Assembly (NCBI GenBank): GCA_964016885.1
Contig: OZ024745.1
Coordinates: 24,614,001 to 24,678,000, forward strand
Origin: Eledone cirrhosa
Taxonomy: Eukaryota
Length of the DNA: 64,000 nucleotides
Direction: 5' to 3'
Shown: positions 12,729-26,799 of the stretch, one piece after another
Position numbering within the stretch: position 1 is the stretch's first letter
Layout of the letters: the number at the start of each line of letters is the position of its first letter
Notes under the pieces: model-generated
The model's input: the letters and a program-made list of their open reading frames with translations, nothing else
Told to the model about the DNA's origin: nothing
Databases searched by the model: none
Program-made: the position numbers and the translations under genes

Positions 12729-13199
12729 GCTGCCAAGAAAGAAATTTTTCGGCAAAAAAATAGATATTTATTTTACCCCCTAAAAAGGGGCTAAATGCAA
12801 AAATGTTTCCCTAAATAACAGGGGTTAGTGTTCCAAATGTGTTGCACTGAAAAATTTATCCGGTACTTACAATAGTAAGGGTAAATCCCGATGGAATAGC
12901 GGAGCCGATGTGAAGCGTGTCTTACTCTATCAATATAGAGAGATAGATAGATAGATTGTAGCGTGTGTCTGCGTGTGTAACATAGCCGATTGACAAAAAG
13001 GGTTCGATAAAATACTTATTAGGGACCGATATAATCGACTGAGAGCCTTTAAGGCGATATCCCAACATGACTACAGTCTAATAGATGGAAGCTGTATAGA
13101 AATAACACACATACAGAAAATAGTTTTTTGTGTAAGATGTCGTGAGAAGATGAAAGACAGCAAAAAAAGTATAAAATTAAAATGATTGAATGATTTTGT

Positions 13200-13649
13200 G
13201 AGAGTAGAAGGTGGGCGGAGATTGGGTTTGTGTGATGTGTTGTGTATATGTGAGAGAGTGTACGCGTGAGTGTGTGGGAGAGTGTATGTGTATGTATGTG
13301 AGTGTGTGAGAGAGTGTATGTGTGAGAGAGTATGTGTGAGTGTGTGAGAGAGTGTATGTGTGAGAGAGTGAGAGAGTGTATGTGTGAGAGAGTGTATGAG
13401 CGAGTGTGTGAGAGTGTATGTGTGAGAGAGTGTATGAGTGAGTGTGTGAGAGAATGTATGTGAGAGAGTGTATAAATGTGTGAGAGAGTGTATGTGTGAG
13501 AGAGTGTATCTGTGAGTGTGTGTGTGTGTGTGTGTCTGTGTGCGTGTGTGTGTGAAGATTGCGTATATGTGTTGTGTGTATGTGTGACTGTGTGTGAGTA
13601 TGTTGTGTGTGTTACGTGTATGTGAGAGAGTGTGTGTGAGAGAGAGAGA

Positions 13650-13710
<61 letters not shown>

Positions 13711-14590
13711 TCTGTGTGTGTGTGTGTGTGTGCGTGTGAGAGAGAGAGAGAGAGAGAGAGACTCTGTGTGTGTGTGTGAGAGAGAGAGAGAGTCTCTGTG
13801 TGTGAGAGAGAGAGAGAGAGAGAGAGTTTGTGTGTGTGTGAGAGAGAGAGTGAGAGAGAGAAAGAGAGTCTGTATGTGTGTGCGTGTGTGTGTTGTGTCT
13901 GTGTGTGTGAGAGAAAGAGAGTGTGTGTGTATGTGTGTGTGTGTATGTGTTTGTGTGTGTTTACACCCTTGGCAATATTTCAAACAATATAGTTATCTGA
14001 CAACCTGTCTTCTGTGTACAGTATACGTACGTGGGTTTGTCTCTGAACAGATCTCTCACTGCCTCTCTCTTTCCCTCTCTCACTGCCTTTCTCTCTTTCC
14101 CTCTCTCACTGCCTCTCTCTCTCTCTCTCACTGCCTCTCTCTCTCTCTCTCTCACTGTCTCTCTTACTCTCTCGCTCTCCCCTCTCTCTATATATATGTG
14201 TGTGTGTGTATATCTCTCTCTTTCCCTTTCTCACTGCCTCTCTCTCTCTCTCTCACACTGTCTCTCTTACTCTCTCTCTCTTTCCCCTTTCTCTCTCTCT
14301 ATATATATGTGTGTGTGTGTGTTTGTATATGTATATATGCATACATATGTGTGAGGTATGTGTGAGTGTGTGTATGCATGTATGTATGTAGTATATATAT
14401 ATATATATATGTGCATATATATATATACATATATACATATATATGCATGTGTGTGTGTGTGTGTGTGTGTGTATGAGAGAGAGAGAGAGTATGTGCATGC
14501 GTGTTTATTTGTCTACCTTGGCAATGTTTCAAACATCACACACTTCTTTGTGACAATGTGTATGTGTATGTATGTAGTATATATATATAT

Positions 14591-14678
<88 letters not shown>

Positions 14679-15286
14679 GTATGTATGTAGTATATATATA
14701 TATATATGTAGTATATATATATATATGTAATATATATGTATGTATGGAGTATATATGAATAAATGTATGTATATATATAAACAGGTATGTATGTATCTAT
14801 GTATGTATATAAGCATGTATGTATGTAGGCATTTATGAATGTATGTATTTATGTATGTATGTATGTATATAAGCATGTATGTATGTATGTATGTATTTAT
14901 GTATGTATGTATGTATGTATGTATTTATGTATGCATGTATGTATGTGTGTATGTATTTATGTATGTATGTATTTATTTATGTATGCATGTATGTATGTAT
15001 GTATATAAGCATGTATGTATGTATGTATGTATTTATGTATGTATGTATTTATTTATGTATGCATGTATGTATGTATATAAGCATGTATGTATGTATACAT
15101 TTATGCATGTATGCATGTATGCATGTATGTATGTATGTATATAAGCATGTATGTATGTATACTGTTGTGTATGTATCTGTATTTTCTCTGATTTATGAAT
15201 ACGTTTGTGTGTCTCCGGTGTTTAAGAGTGTGCATGTGTGTATGTTAATGGGTGTGCGTGTATCTGTGTGTGCGCGCGTGTGTGTG

Positions 15287-15326
<40 letters not shown>

Positions 15327-15494
15327 TGTTGGTGTACACGCATGTGTGTATTTATTTGTCTTTACTTTGGCAACGCTTCAAACATCACATATTTCTCCGT
15401 GTGTTTGTGCATTTGCATGTGTGCACATGTGTGTGTACATTTGTGTAGGTGTGTCTGTGTTTGTGTACGTATGTGTGTATGTGTGTACGTATGA

Positions 15495-15562
<68 letters not shown>

Positions 15563-16560
15563 GTGCGTGTGAATATTTATGTGTGTGTAATGTGTGTATA
15601 ACTAGGTGTGTCGCAAATTTCCCCTTCAATATCTACAAATACACGAGTGTGTGTGTGTGTGTGTGTGCGTGTGTGTGTGTGCGTGTGTGTGTATGTGTGT
15701 ATGTGTGTGCGTGTGTGTGTGAGGGTCTATATAGCTAGGTGTGTCATCAGTATCTGGAAATATGTGGGTGGGTGTGAGAGTGCCTGTGTGTGTATGTATG
15801 TGGATGTGAGTGTGTGCGGGGTGTGTATATGTATATGTCTGGGTGTGTGTGTGTGTGTTTCTGGATGTGTATGTCTGAATGTCTATCTTCATGTGTATTT
15901 GTGTATATGTGTGCGTCTGTGTATGTCTGTATGTCGGGTCTGGGTGTGTACTTGTGTATATGTGTGTGAGAGTGTATGTGTGTATGCCGTATCTTGGTGT
16001 GTATGTGTGTATGTCTGGTCTGGATGTGTAAGTGTGTATGTGTGGGTATGTCTGGGCTGGATGTGTATATGTGTGTATGTCTGGTCTGGATGTGTATGGG
16101 TGTATGTGAGGTCTGGATGTATATATGTGTGTATGTCTGGTCTGGATGTGTATGTGTATGTGTGTATGTGAGGTCTGGATGTGTATGTGTGTATGTGAGG
16201 TCTGGATGTGTATGTGTGTATGTCTGGTCTGGATGTATATGTGTGTATGTGTGGTCTGGATGTATATATGTGTGTATGTGTGGTCTGGATGTGTATGCGG
16301 GGGTACGTGTATGTCTGTATGTCTGGTCTGCATGTGTAAGTGTGTATGTCTGGTCTGGAGGTGTATGTGTGTATGTGTGGTCTGGATGTATATATGTGTG
16401 TATGTGTGGTCTGGATGTGTATGCGGGGGTACGTGTATGTCTGTATGTCTGGTCTGCATGTGTAAGTGTGTATGTCTGGTCTTGATGTGTATGCGGGGGT
16501 ACGTGTATGTCTGTATGTCTGGTCTGCATGTGTAAGTGTGTATGTGAGGTCTGGATATGT
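13200..16560. repeat. Compound (TG)/(GA)/(TA)/(TATG) microsatellite field with a GTCTGGATGT-type minisatellite at 15990-16560
   Basis: Direct inspection. Confidence 0.95.
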
Positions 16561-16766
16561 CTGAATGTCTGACCCTTTATTTCAAACTTTCAACCAGTCT
16601 GTGTCAATATACGAGGGTCGCTTGAAATGTCCACTTTCACTTCTTTCTTTTAAAGACAGCAGCAGTATTGTAATTTATGGAAACCTATCCCAGACAGAAT
16701 TGTTTGCCATGGGAGCTACAAATGTAAGGACCCCCTTGAGTGGCACATGGTCTAGTTGTAGCATTG

Positions 16767-17732
16767 GATGATAGGGGATCACCCTTAGCGACACAGGGTC
16801 TTGCTATACCACAGGATGATAGGGGACCGTCCTGAGCGACATATGTTCGATGGACACCAAAGGGTGATAGGGGACCGTACTGAGCGACATATGGTCTATG
16901 GACACCACATGATGATAGGGGACCGCCCTCAGCGACACAGGGTCTTGCTACACCATAGGATGTTAGGGTACCGCCCTCAGCGACACAGGGTCTTGCTACA
17001 CCACAGGATGATAGGGGACCGTCCTGAGCGACACAGGGTCTTGCTACACCATAGGATGTTAGGGGACCGTCGTGAGCGACATATGGTCTTGCTACACCAC
17101 AGGATGATAGGGTACCGCCCTCAGCGACACAGGGTCTTGCTACACCACAGGATGATAGGGTACCGCCCTGAGCGACAGAGGGTCTTGCTACACCACAGGA
17201 TGTTAGGGGACCGTCCTGAGCGACACAGGGTCTTGCTACACCACAGGATGATAGGGTACCGCCCTGAGCGACAGAGGGTCTTGCTACACCACAGGATGTT
17301 AGGGGACCGTCCTGAGCGACACAGGGTCTTGCTACACCACAGGATGATAGGGGACCGTCGTGAGAGACACATAGTCTTGCTACACCACAGGATGATAGGG
17401 TACCGTCCTGAGCGACACAGGGTTTACTACACCACAGGATGATAAGGGACCTTCCTGAGCGAAACAGGGTCTTGCTACAACGCAGGATGATAGGGGACCG
17501 TCCTCAGCGACAGAGGGTCTTGCTACACCACAGGATGTTAGGGTACCGTCCTGAGCGACATATGGTCTTGCTACACCACAGGATGATAGGGAGCGTCCTG
17601 AGCGACATATGGTCTTGCTACACCACAGGATGATAGGGAGCGTCCTGAGCGACATATGGTCTTGCTACACCACAGGATGTTAGGGGACCGCCCTGAGCGA
17701 CACAGGGTCTTGCTACACCACAGGATGATAGG
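16767..17732 (+). repeat. 48-bp minisatellite, about 20 copies
   Basis: Unit GGATGATAGGGGACCGTCCTGAGCGACACAGGGTCTTGCTACACCACA. Confidence 0.95.
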
Positions 17733-17973
17733 GTATGTTTTGAGATGGAATTGGATATGATATCTTGAGGTATGAGAGACCACATATACGTTTTCAATAT
17801 GTCGTATACGTGTGTGTGTCCTGGGATGAGTGGGTGTGTATAGACAGAGACACACATATATATATACATATATGGAATATTTAATATAGAAATTGCTTCA
17901 ACAGGACGAGAACTGTTTCATTCGAAGGAAACAGTTCTAGTCCTGTAGAAGCCATTTCTATATTAAATACTTT

Positions 17974-18313
17974 CAGATTTACCCGGCGTTGCCCGGGGTT
18001 TGAAATGCAACAAAGAATAAACAAGAAACAAACGATAATATTAGTGATTTATCTTCAAATGAATCTGATGTTTATATTTCTGTCAATAAAGTTGGTTATC
18101 TCCCTTACATCAATTTTGCTACCGATAATTTTAATATCGATTTTTTATTGCTCAACGTGGGTCGATTTGAAAAATTTGAGATGTGACCATCTTAGCGACC
18201 TGTGCAACGTGCACAGAAAATTTGGTCAAATTCGGTTGGTAATTGTAAAAGCCTTAGGTATCCAAAATTGTACACAGACACACACACATCCTCGCTTTTA
18301 TATATATAGAAGA
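17974..18313 (-). mobile_element. Small non-autonomous Helitron
   Basis: Minus strand begins TCTTCTATATATATAAAAGCGAG and ends with the CCCGGGCAACGCCGGG hairpin. The terminal CTAG is not intact. It interrupts a pLTR-like repeat. Confidence 0.7.
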
Positions 18314-18553
18314 TTGTATATACTCTACTATGTATTGAAATTGAATACCTTACATACTATATAACGAAGGATGTGTGGTGAGGAACCATATGGACCATAA
18401 CGCACCAGAGTACTCAATACTTAGGGTCGTAGAGTGGGTAATAGGAAAATGTTTAACTCCGACGGCAGAGCTCAAGCCGTTTCGATGGCTGTTTCTGTCC
18501 TGAAATAGCCGTCGAAGCGGCTTGAGCTCTGCCATCGGGGTTAAACATTTTCC

Positions 18554-18779
<226 letters not shown>

Positions 18780-18899
18780 CGTAACTGTCTTTATCCCATT
18801 GCAGAAACTAATTAGTTGGAGTGATAATTTAAGTAAGTAAGTTAATTTTTTTTTTTTTTATTTTTTTATTTTCTTATTTTACGTCTTTTATATATATAA

Positions 18900-19030
<131 letters not shown>

Positions 19031-19139
19031 TATATATATATGTATAAGAATAACATCAAGAAAGACGCTGAGGTGACATAAATCGTTTTATATGTATATA
19101 TGTGTGTGTGTGTGTGTATATATATATATGTGTGTATGT

Positions 19140-19797
19140 TTTCTCTTTCTCTTAATTTCGAGTATATTTTTTTGACCGGCCACCTTCCTGGTGGCAAGGT
19201 TGTAAAAGAAAAGAAATTGTCATCCCTTGAATCGCAAGAATGTTTTGCATATTTTGAAGGTGCCAGCTATCGCAGCCATTTGTAGACTATGAATTAGGGA
19301 GCTGCGCTTTTTGTCCGCAAATCCAAGTTCGGTCATACTTTGGTCCAAGCGGGTTGGTATATAACCCGTAGCACCAATAATGATGGGTATGAAGCTAAAG
19401 GTGTATCTTGGATACTGGATTTGTAAGCTCCTCATCAATGGTCCGTAGATGTCCTCCTTCTCCTGTATTTTTCTGACAACGTTTACATCAAGTGGGCAGC
19501 TGATCTCCACAACAGAACACGTTTTCAATGTGTGGTCCCAAACTACAATATCAGGCCGGTTGTGCTTTAATTTGGTGGCAGTTTTTATTTTCAGGTTCCA
19601 CCAGTATTCCTTAGTGCCATCTGTCTCAATATATTCTTCCTCGTTTGTTGTTAATTTTGTTTTCCGAATTGCGTTCCAGATAGTTCTAGCTATCCCATCG
19701 TGTCTCATGGGGAGGTAGTAGCGAGATGACATTCTTTCGCAGCTGGCAACAATGTGGCTTACATCCTCGATCTTTGTTTTACATAGCCTACATTTAT
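19140..19797 (-). mobile_element. R4/Dong-like non-LTR retrotransposon 3' fragment (zinc finger + restriction-like endonuclease)
   Basis: CRLC..EDVSHIVASC, MRHD, NRPDIVVWD, VEISCP, IIIGATG in ORF 19220..20008. Abuts a (TACA)n tract. Confidence 0.85.
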
Positions 19798-19799
19798 TG

Positions 19800-19831
<32 letters not shown>

Positions 19832-19879
19832 TGTATGTATGTATGTATGTATGTATGTATGTATGTTAAGAGAGTGGGA

Positions 19880-20770
19880 CTGGCTTTGTGCAGTGCCTTT
19901 GCTCACTGTAAATGGTTCACGACACAGGCATTGTTTTATATCTGGTGATCTCTCTGCACTTGTCGTCACATGGTACCATAGGCCCAGCACTATGTCAATA
20001 ATTGTCACAAGTGTAGTATTTGTACCAGAGTTTTCAAGTCACTGGCTGGACTAAAAGTCACACTCGTTCAGCGCATCGGTAGGAGTTCTCCTACATGGAT
20101 ATAAAGTATATGGCCGTACTCGAAAACGAGTTGGCAGCCACCATGTATGTCTGTATGTATGTATGCATGTATGTGTGTATGTGTGTATGTATGCGTCTAT
20201 GTGTGTATGTATGTATGTGTATATGTGTGTATGTGTCTGTGTGTATGTGTGTATGTATGTATGTATATGTGTGTGTATGTATGTATGTATGTGTGTATGT
20301 GTGTATGTATGTGTGTATGTATGCGTCTGCACAAGCCAGTCCCACTCTCTTAACCAAGATGATATTTACCAAAAAGAAGAACAAGTCAACATCATTGGAT
20401 ACCATCAGAGTTGCAGGTATTATATCAGAGTTTTCCTTCTCCTAGAATTCTGCCTTGACAAAGGCTAAGGGGTCATCTCTCCCGGTGATTTTGGATGGCC
20501 ATTGACTCTTTGTGCAGTGCCTTTGCTCACTATAAAAGCTTCACGGCACAGGCATTGCTTTATATCTGGAGATCTCTCTGCACTTGTCATCACATGGTAC
20601 CATGGGCCCAGCACTATGTGTCAATAATTGTCACAAGTGTAGTATTTGTACCAGAGTTTTCAAGTCGCTGGCTGGACTAAAAAGTCACTCGTTCAGCGCA
20701 TAGGTAGGGGTTCTCCTACATGGATATAAAGTAGTGGCCGTACTCGAAAACGAGTTGGCAGCCACCATGT
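19880..20770. repeat. Duplicated 260-bp segment separated by (TATG)n, with a short inverted junction
   Basis: 19880-20145 is similar to 20505-20770. 20330-20355 is the reverse complement of 19865-19890. Confidence 0.8.
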
Positions 20771-21077
20771 GTGTACGTATGTATGATTGTATGTGTGTAT
20801 GTATGTATGTATGTATGTATGTGTGTATGTATGTGTGTATGTATGCGTCTATGTGTGTATGTATGTATGTGTATATGTGTGTATGTATGTGTGTATGTAT
20901 GTGTGTATGTGTGTATGTATGTATGTATGTATGTATGTATGTATGTATGTATGTATGTATGTATATATATAGGTACAGTTGCGTGTCTGTAGCCTGACGT
21001 GAAACAACAGTTTAATACGCATGAGACATAGTCAACGTGATCAAAAGTCTTTGTAATAATTCATGAAACGGTTAATG

Positions 21078-21388
21078 TAGGTGGTGGTGGTGGTGGTGGT
21101 GGTGGTGGTGGTGATGGTGGTGGTGGTGGTGGTGGTGGCGGTGGTATTGGTGGGGCGGGGGGGGTATCGGTGGTGGTGTTGATGGTGGTGTTGGTGTTGG
21201 TGGTGGTGGTGGTGGTGGTGTTGGTGGTGGTGGTGGTGGTGTTGGTGATGGTGGTGGTGGTGTTGATGGTGGTGTTGGTGGTGGTGGTGGTGGTCGTGGT
21301 CGTGGTGGTGTTGGTGGTGGTGGTGGTGGTGGTGGTGGTGGTGGTGGTGGTGTTGATGGTGGTGTTGTTGGTGGTGGTGGTGGTGGTG

Positions 21389-21420
<32 letters not shown>

Positions 21421-21425
21421 GGTGG

Positions 21426-21456
<31 letters not shown>

Positions 21457-21659
21457 GGTGGTGTTGTTGTTGTTGGTGGTGGTGGTGGTAGTGTTGGTAG
21501 TGGTGTTGTTGTTGTTGGTGGTGGTGGTGAAGGGTGGTGTTGTTGTTGTTGGTGGTGGTGGTGGTGGTGAAGGGTGGTGTTGTTGTTGTTGGTGGTGGTG
21601 GTGGTGGTGAAGGGTGGTGTTGTTGTTGTTGGTGGTGGTGGTGGTGGTGAAGGGTGGTG

Positions 21660-21691
<32 letters not shown>

Positions 21692-21840
21692 GGTGGTGTT
21701 GTTGGTGGTGGTGGTAGTGGTAGTGGTGGTGTTGTTGTTGTTGGTGGTGGTGGTGGTTGTGGTGGTTGTGGTGGGTGGTGGCGGTGTTGTTGTTGTTGTT
21801 GTTAGTGGTGGTGGTGGTGGTGGTGATGGTGGGGTTGGTG

Positions 21841-21872
<32 letters not shown>

Positions 21873-22004
21873 GGTGGTGGTGGTGGTGTTGGTGGTGTTG
21901 TTGTTGGTGGTGGTGGTGGTGGTGGTGGTGGTGGTGTTGTTGTTGTTGTTGGTGTTGGTGGTGGTGTTGTTGTTGGTGGTGGTCGTGGTGGTGGTGGTTG
22001 GTGG

Positions 22005-22035
<31 letters not shown>

Positions 22036-22380
22036 GGTGGTGGGTGCGATGGTGGTGGGTGCGGTGGTGGTGGGTTGTTGTTGTTGTTGGTGGTGGTGGC
22101 GGTGTTGGTAGTCGTGGGTGTAGTGGTGGTGGTGTTGTTGTTGGTGGTGGTGGTGTTGTTGTTGTTGGTGGTGGTGGTGGCGGTGTTGGTAGTGGTGTTG
22201 TTAGTGGTGGGGGTTGGGGTGGCGGTTTTGGTAGCGGTGTCGGTAGTGGTGATGGTGGTGTTGGTGTTGTTGGTGGTGTTGATGGTGGTGGTGGTGGTGG
22301 TGTTATTGTTGGTGATGGCGGTAGTGGTGGTGGTGGCGGTGGTGGCGGTGGTGTTTGGGGGGGGGGGGGGGGGGGGGGGT
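21078..22380. repeat. (GGT)/(GTT) trinucleotide field
   Basis: Direct inspection. Confidence 0.97.
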
Positions 22381-22514
22381 GCTCTTGATATTGCATGTAT
22401 GTAAGTATATATGTATGTAGGCATTTATGAATGAATGTTTCTATGCATTTATGCTTGTATGTATTTATGTGCGTATGAATGATGTGTGCGCGTATATATA
22501 ATATATATATATAT

Positions 22515-22577
<63 letters not shown>

Positions 22578-22687
22578 TATGTGTGTGTCTGTGTGTGTGA
22601 TTTCTGCTACATTTTTTTAATTGGTGGTTTTATGTTTCTCTCTTTATCTCTCCTTCAAATTTAACACTTATTTCCCTCCTCCCAAAC

Positions 22688-22718
<31 letters not shown>

Positions 22719-23047
22719 GTGTGTGTGTGTATATGTCTGAGAGGTACGAAGTTTGATTCTTTGTAGTGGTTGTTGGCCACTTTTTTCCAACATGAAACTG
22801 TATTTGCAAAACTTCCATGGAAATTATGAAACAGAATTGTGGCTACATGTCATTAAAGTATAACAAATTTCGCAGCAATTCTCTGTCAACTAGTGAAGAT
22901 ACTATACATAATCTAATTAACCTAACTGTTGTGTTTTAGACATTTTCTGCTAAGAGGATTTTTTCTGTTTATAGAAATATCAAAATATACTGAAGCGAAA
23001 ACCAAACCAAACAGTGAGTGTTTTACTATAATTCTTTAGCAATATTA

Positions 23048-23190
23048 GAGTTACGGCCCTTTTCATTCTGAGTTCAAATCCCCCCGAGGTTAACTTTGCC
23101 TTTCATCCTTACGGGGTCAATAAAAGAAAGTACCAGTAATGCACTGTGGTAATTGCTGGTCTGGTGCCAAAAGTAGAAACAATATTAGAA
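23048..23190 (+). mobile_element. 5'-truncated SINE with CAATATTA target-site duplication
   Basis: SINE body flanked by CAATATTA on both sides, inside another repeat. Confidence 0.8.
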
Positions 23191-23357
23191 CAATATTACC
23201 CTCCCCCAAATATAACATAAGTGGATGTTAAGCGTTAAAGCCACAATCAGGCTCATGGGTGCTTTTGTTGGTGTTTATTCGGGTACAAGCATTCGAAGCT
23301 AGTATCCCGCCTAAATATAATCAAATGTGTTGATGTGATGAATTCTACTGCATCAAT

Positions 23358-23530
23358 CCCTGAGTCGAGCTTTCTTACACCTTTATCGGTCCCCGAGTCG
23401 AGCTTTCTTACACCTTTACCGGTCCCCGAGTCGAACTTTGTCATACCTTTACCGGTCCCCGAGTCGAGCTTTGTCATACCTTTGCCGGTCCCCGAGTCGA
23501 GCTTTCTTACACCTTTACCGGTCCCCGAGT
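23358..23530. repeat. 33-bp minisatellite, about 5 copies
   Basis: Unit CCCCGAGTCGAGCTTTCTTACACCTTTACCGGT. Confidence 0.92.
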
Positions 23531-23629
23531 CCCCTAAAAAAATGATTAAGTTAAGGGTGCAACTATTTCTCTTCACTGAGTCATACAAAAACAAGCTGGA
23601 ACGAAAACAGAAACTGATATTCGTGATAA

Positions 23630-23726
<97 letters not shown>

Positions 23727-24497
23727 TACACACAAACAAATAAACAAACACACACACACTACTGTATAGTTGCAGGTGCAGACTTGGCATTGACTGGAAG
23801 GCCCCTGAAATACGATTATCAAACCGTTCAGTATAGGAATGTATAAATCATTAACGCCTCATTAACTTAAGAATTGGGATAATTTCACTAATATACATAT
23901 GTCACGTTTTAAAATATTCACACCTCCAGCTAAAAAATTATTTATTAAAAAAAACTTTTAATTTAAAAGGGTTGAGCAATTTAAATTATCAATAATTCAT
24001 TATTCTTACTTTTCCTTGTCCCCAGAGTTTTCATAATTGGCAACAGAAGACGAGTTTTACCAGAAGCCCGAGTATTTTAAAACAACGGCTCTGTACTGAT
24101 CCGTTATACAAGCAAGTCAGCCTGTTTCTCTTGCTAAATAACTAGCTAGCTCAATATAACTAACTAGCTGCCATTTATATTCCGCTCTTGCTGCAGTCAA
24201 TTGTTTCTAAATATTCTCTCACAATATAGAGATCGAAAGGGAGAGATGAATAGTTATAGGTGTGTGAAATATACACATGTAGAAATAAGAATGTGGAAAA
24301 ATGTACATATTTATATGTAAAAACCATATATATCAACGGCGGTGGAACTGAGGTGCCAGGGGCGGGGAGCTTCCCAATAATTATATTTTTCTCCCCAAAC
24401 TATTAAAAAACACATCTATTTGTATATACGCTACAATTTATGTTCACGTAGATATAGAGATGGGTTTGGGAGAGAGTTCCGTGTAGTAGATATATAT

Positions 24498-26270
24498 TTC
24501 TATTTATTTGCCACCAGGGCATCAAAGATTGGGACAAATACAAAGGGGGGAGTTTACATACATTTAAAAAGACGTGTAAAAAACATATAACAAATTAAAT
24601 TTAACAATCGATGTCCTCAATAGGGAGGGGCGTTGACATGGGTCGCACACACCCCCGAAAAAATGTGCAACCCTCCTCTTCAGGAGCACAAAGAGCGGGT
24701 GCTTCCTTCCTCTTCTCATTCTTCTCCTCTCTCATCTACAGGCTGATATAGAGAGAAGGCCCATTCACTCGGGCCATTCTCGCTACTTTCACCCATCTTT
24801 CATAAAACTTGCTGGGGTAGAGCACCTCTCTCTCCATTCTGATCCTTCTTCTAAAGTGGTACTTGAAAAAAAAGACCAGTTGTTGGCCGGAGAGAAAGGT
24901 GTCTGACCTCAGCCCTTTCAACCTTGTCCACCATACAACTTCTTTCGCCATGGCTATCACACAGAGAAAAACCGCCTCTCCTTCGTTTTTGAAAGGGGGA
25001 GGCGGTTTGATTGTGACAATGTTCTCGGTGGTCAACCGGATTGGTCCCACCCGCGACAGTAGTCGTTCTACATAGCCCCACAGGTCAGCAACGCCCGGGC
25101 AGTGTACGAATGCGTGTGCGACGGTTTCCTCGTCACGCACGCATCTTGGACAGATCTTCTTCGAGGGGTCCCTACCCGGGCGCCCGTGTCTGTAGAGCTT
25201 GTCCCGAACGGGTAGAGCTCCTCGGTAACATTGCCAAGCCAGGGACTTTTGGAAGTTGTCCCTCGGTCCCGGGCCAAACGTCCTACCGAACAGACTGGCC
25301 AGCTCGTCTTCCTCCATGCCCAGAGCCTCTCCGAGAGCGTCGTCGCACTTACTGCGCACCAACCCTCTATAGAATGTTGAGGTTGAGTCTCCTCTGATTG
25401 CCGGATCCGCTTGCCAGAGGGCCGTGAGCGCCTGGGCACATTCAATGTGCCAGTCGCCCACTTTTCTCGGTCTTTGCTTGACCCAGGATTGCAGCTCGGT
25501 GAGTGAGACGAGTCTCGGAAAGGCTCGCCTCACAAACAGGGCCCACACCGGCTGACCGGTGAGGAATACCTGGAGGTGCCGTAGCCTTAATGCGTGTCTA
25601 CGCATCGTCAGCCACGGCATCCCCAGCCCTCCGTTCGAAGGGTGTTGACAGCAGATGGATCTTCTCACCAAAGGAGCCCGCTTCTTCCAAAGAAATCGGA
25701 AGAGCGCGCGCTCCATTTTGGCGAGTGTTTTCTCTGGGCAAGGCAGGACGGTCAAGCGGTAGTAGATGACGGACGCTATATAAGCGTTCGCCACCTCCGC
25801 TCGACCTTTCAAGGATAGTTTGCACTCGGCCCACTTCTGGGCGAGTGCAAACACCTTGCCCGTTACCTCGTCCCAGTTTTTCTCCACCTGGAGGTCCGGT
25901 CCGAACCAGACCCCGAGCAGCTTCACCGGTCCCTCCGTCCAGCGTCCGACGATGCCGTCGGAGGTCATCGTTTTGCCCTTCCACGTCCCGAGTTGCAAAC
26001 CGACGGACTTGTCCCGGTTCAGCTTGGCTCCTGTGAACCTTTCATATTCCTCCAGTAAGGTGCCGATCTGCCCGATTTCCGAGGCGCACGACACCATTAC
26101 TGTCACGTCATCGGCGTAGGCCGACACCGCTTTCCGCAATCCCGGTTCCAAGGGGATGCCCTGCAACAGCTCCAGCTTCCGCAGTAGTGGCTCGAGAGCC
26201 AGCACATACAGGAGGGCATCCCTGTCGAATGGATCGCGTGATTTGGAACGGCTCCGAGAGGTAGCCGTTC
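24498..26270 (-). mobile_element. 5'-truncated Tx1-type LINE copy (3' half of RT to 3'UTR)
   Basis: The 489-aa ORF 24736..26205 is closely similar to 7456..9708 (AYADD, CPRC..HAFVHC) and has the same 3' terminus. Confidence 0.95.
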
Positions 26271-26799
26271 CAAATCACGCGATCCATTCGAGGGACGTAA
26301 CTATGCTGGAAAGCATGGCGTCCGACCCTCTACTGATACTGCCAATCCACGCCCTTGATGCTTATTAATATAGAGGGGGGATTAGAAGAGAGTTACGTGT
26401 ATTAGATATAGAGAGGAGGAGAGTTTGGTGCTAATAGATATAGAGAGATACACTCTCAAATTCATAAGTGTATGTGTGTGTAAGGTGTGTGTATATACGT
26501 GTGTATGTGTAAGAAAGTGTGTGGGGGAGGCGTGTCTAGTAAAATATAGTCGAAATAAATTGAAAATAGATAACTCGAATAATTTTGATATGGCAATTTT
26601 TTTTAATTGTTATATCAAAGATAATTGCAATAAATTAATATAGTTGATTAATGTAGCTGTGTAAATAAATAATATAACTTAATATATGAAAATATTAATA
26701 AGCTACAAGGTTCTGACAAAGATTCCCACTATAAAATGTCAACATATTACTAGTAATTAAGAAAATGAAAAATAATCATTTCCCTTCTTTGAATGATAA

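Larger units (their letters stand above)
7222..12931 (-). mobile_element. Near full-length L1/Tx1-clade non-LTR retrotransposon (5'UTR, ORF1, ORF2, short 3'UTR, no poly-A)
   Basis: ORF1 with CCHC knuckle and ORF2 with APE + RT + C-terminal Cys motif. The 3' end ...GTGGCAAATAAATAGAAAT is shared with other copies. Candidate TSD AATATAGA at 7214-7221 and 12932-12939. Confidence 0.95.

Noticed and set aside
21041-22424. Pro/His/Thr-rich 450-aa ORFs (extensin- or mucin-like)
   Set aside because: (GGT/GTT)n repeat with no unique coding sequence.
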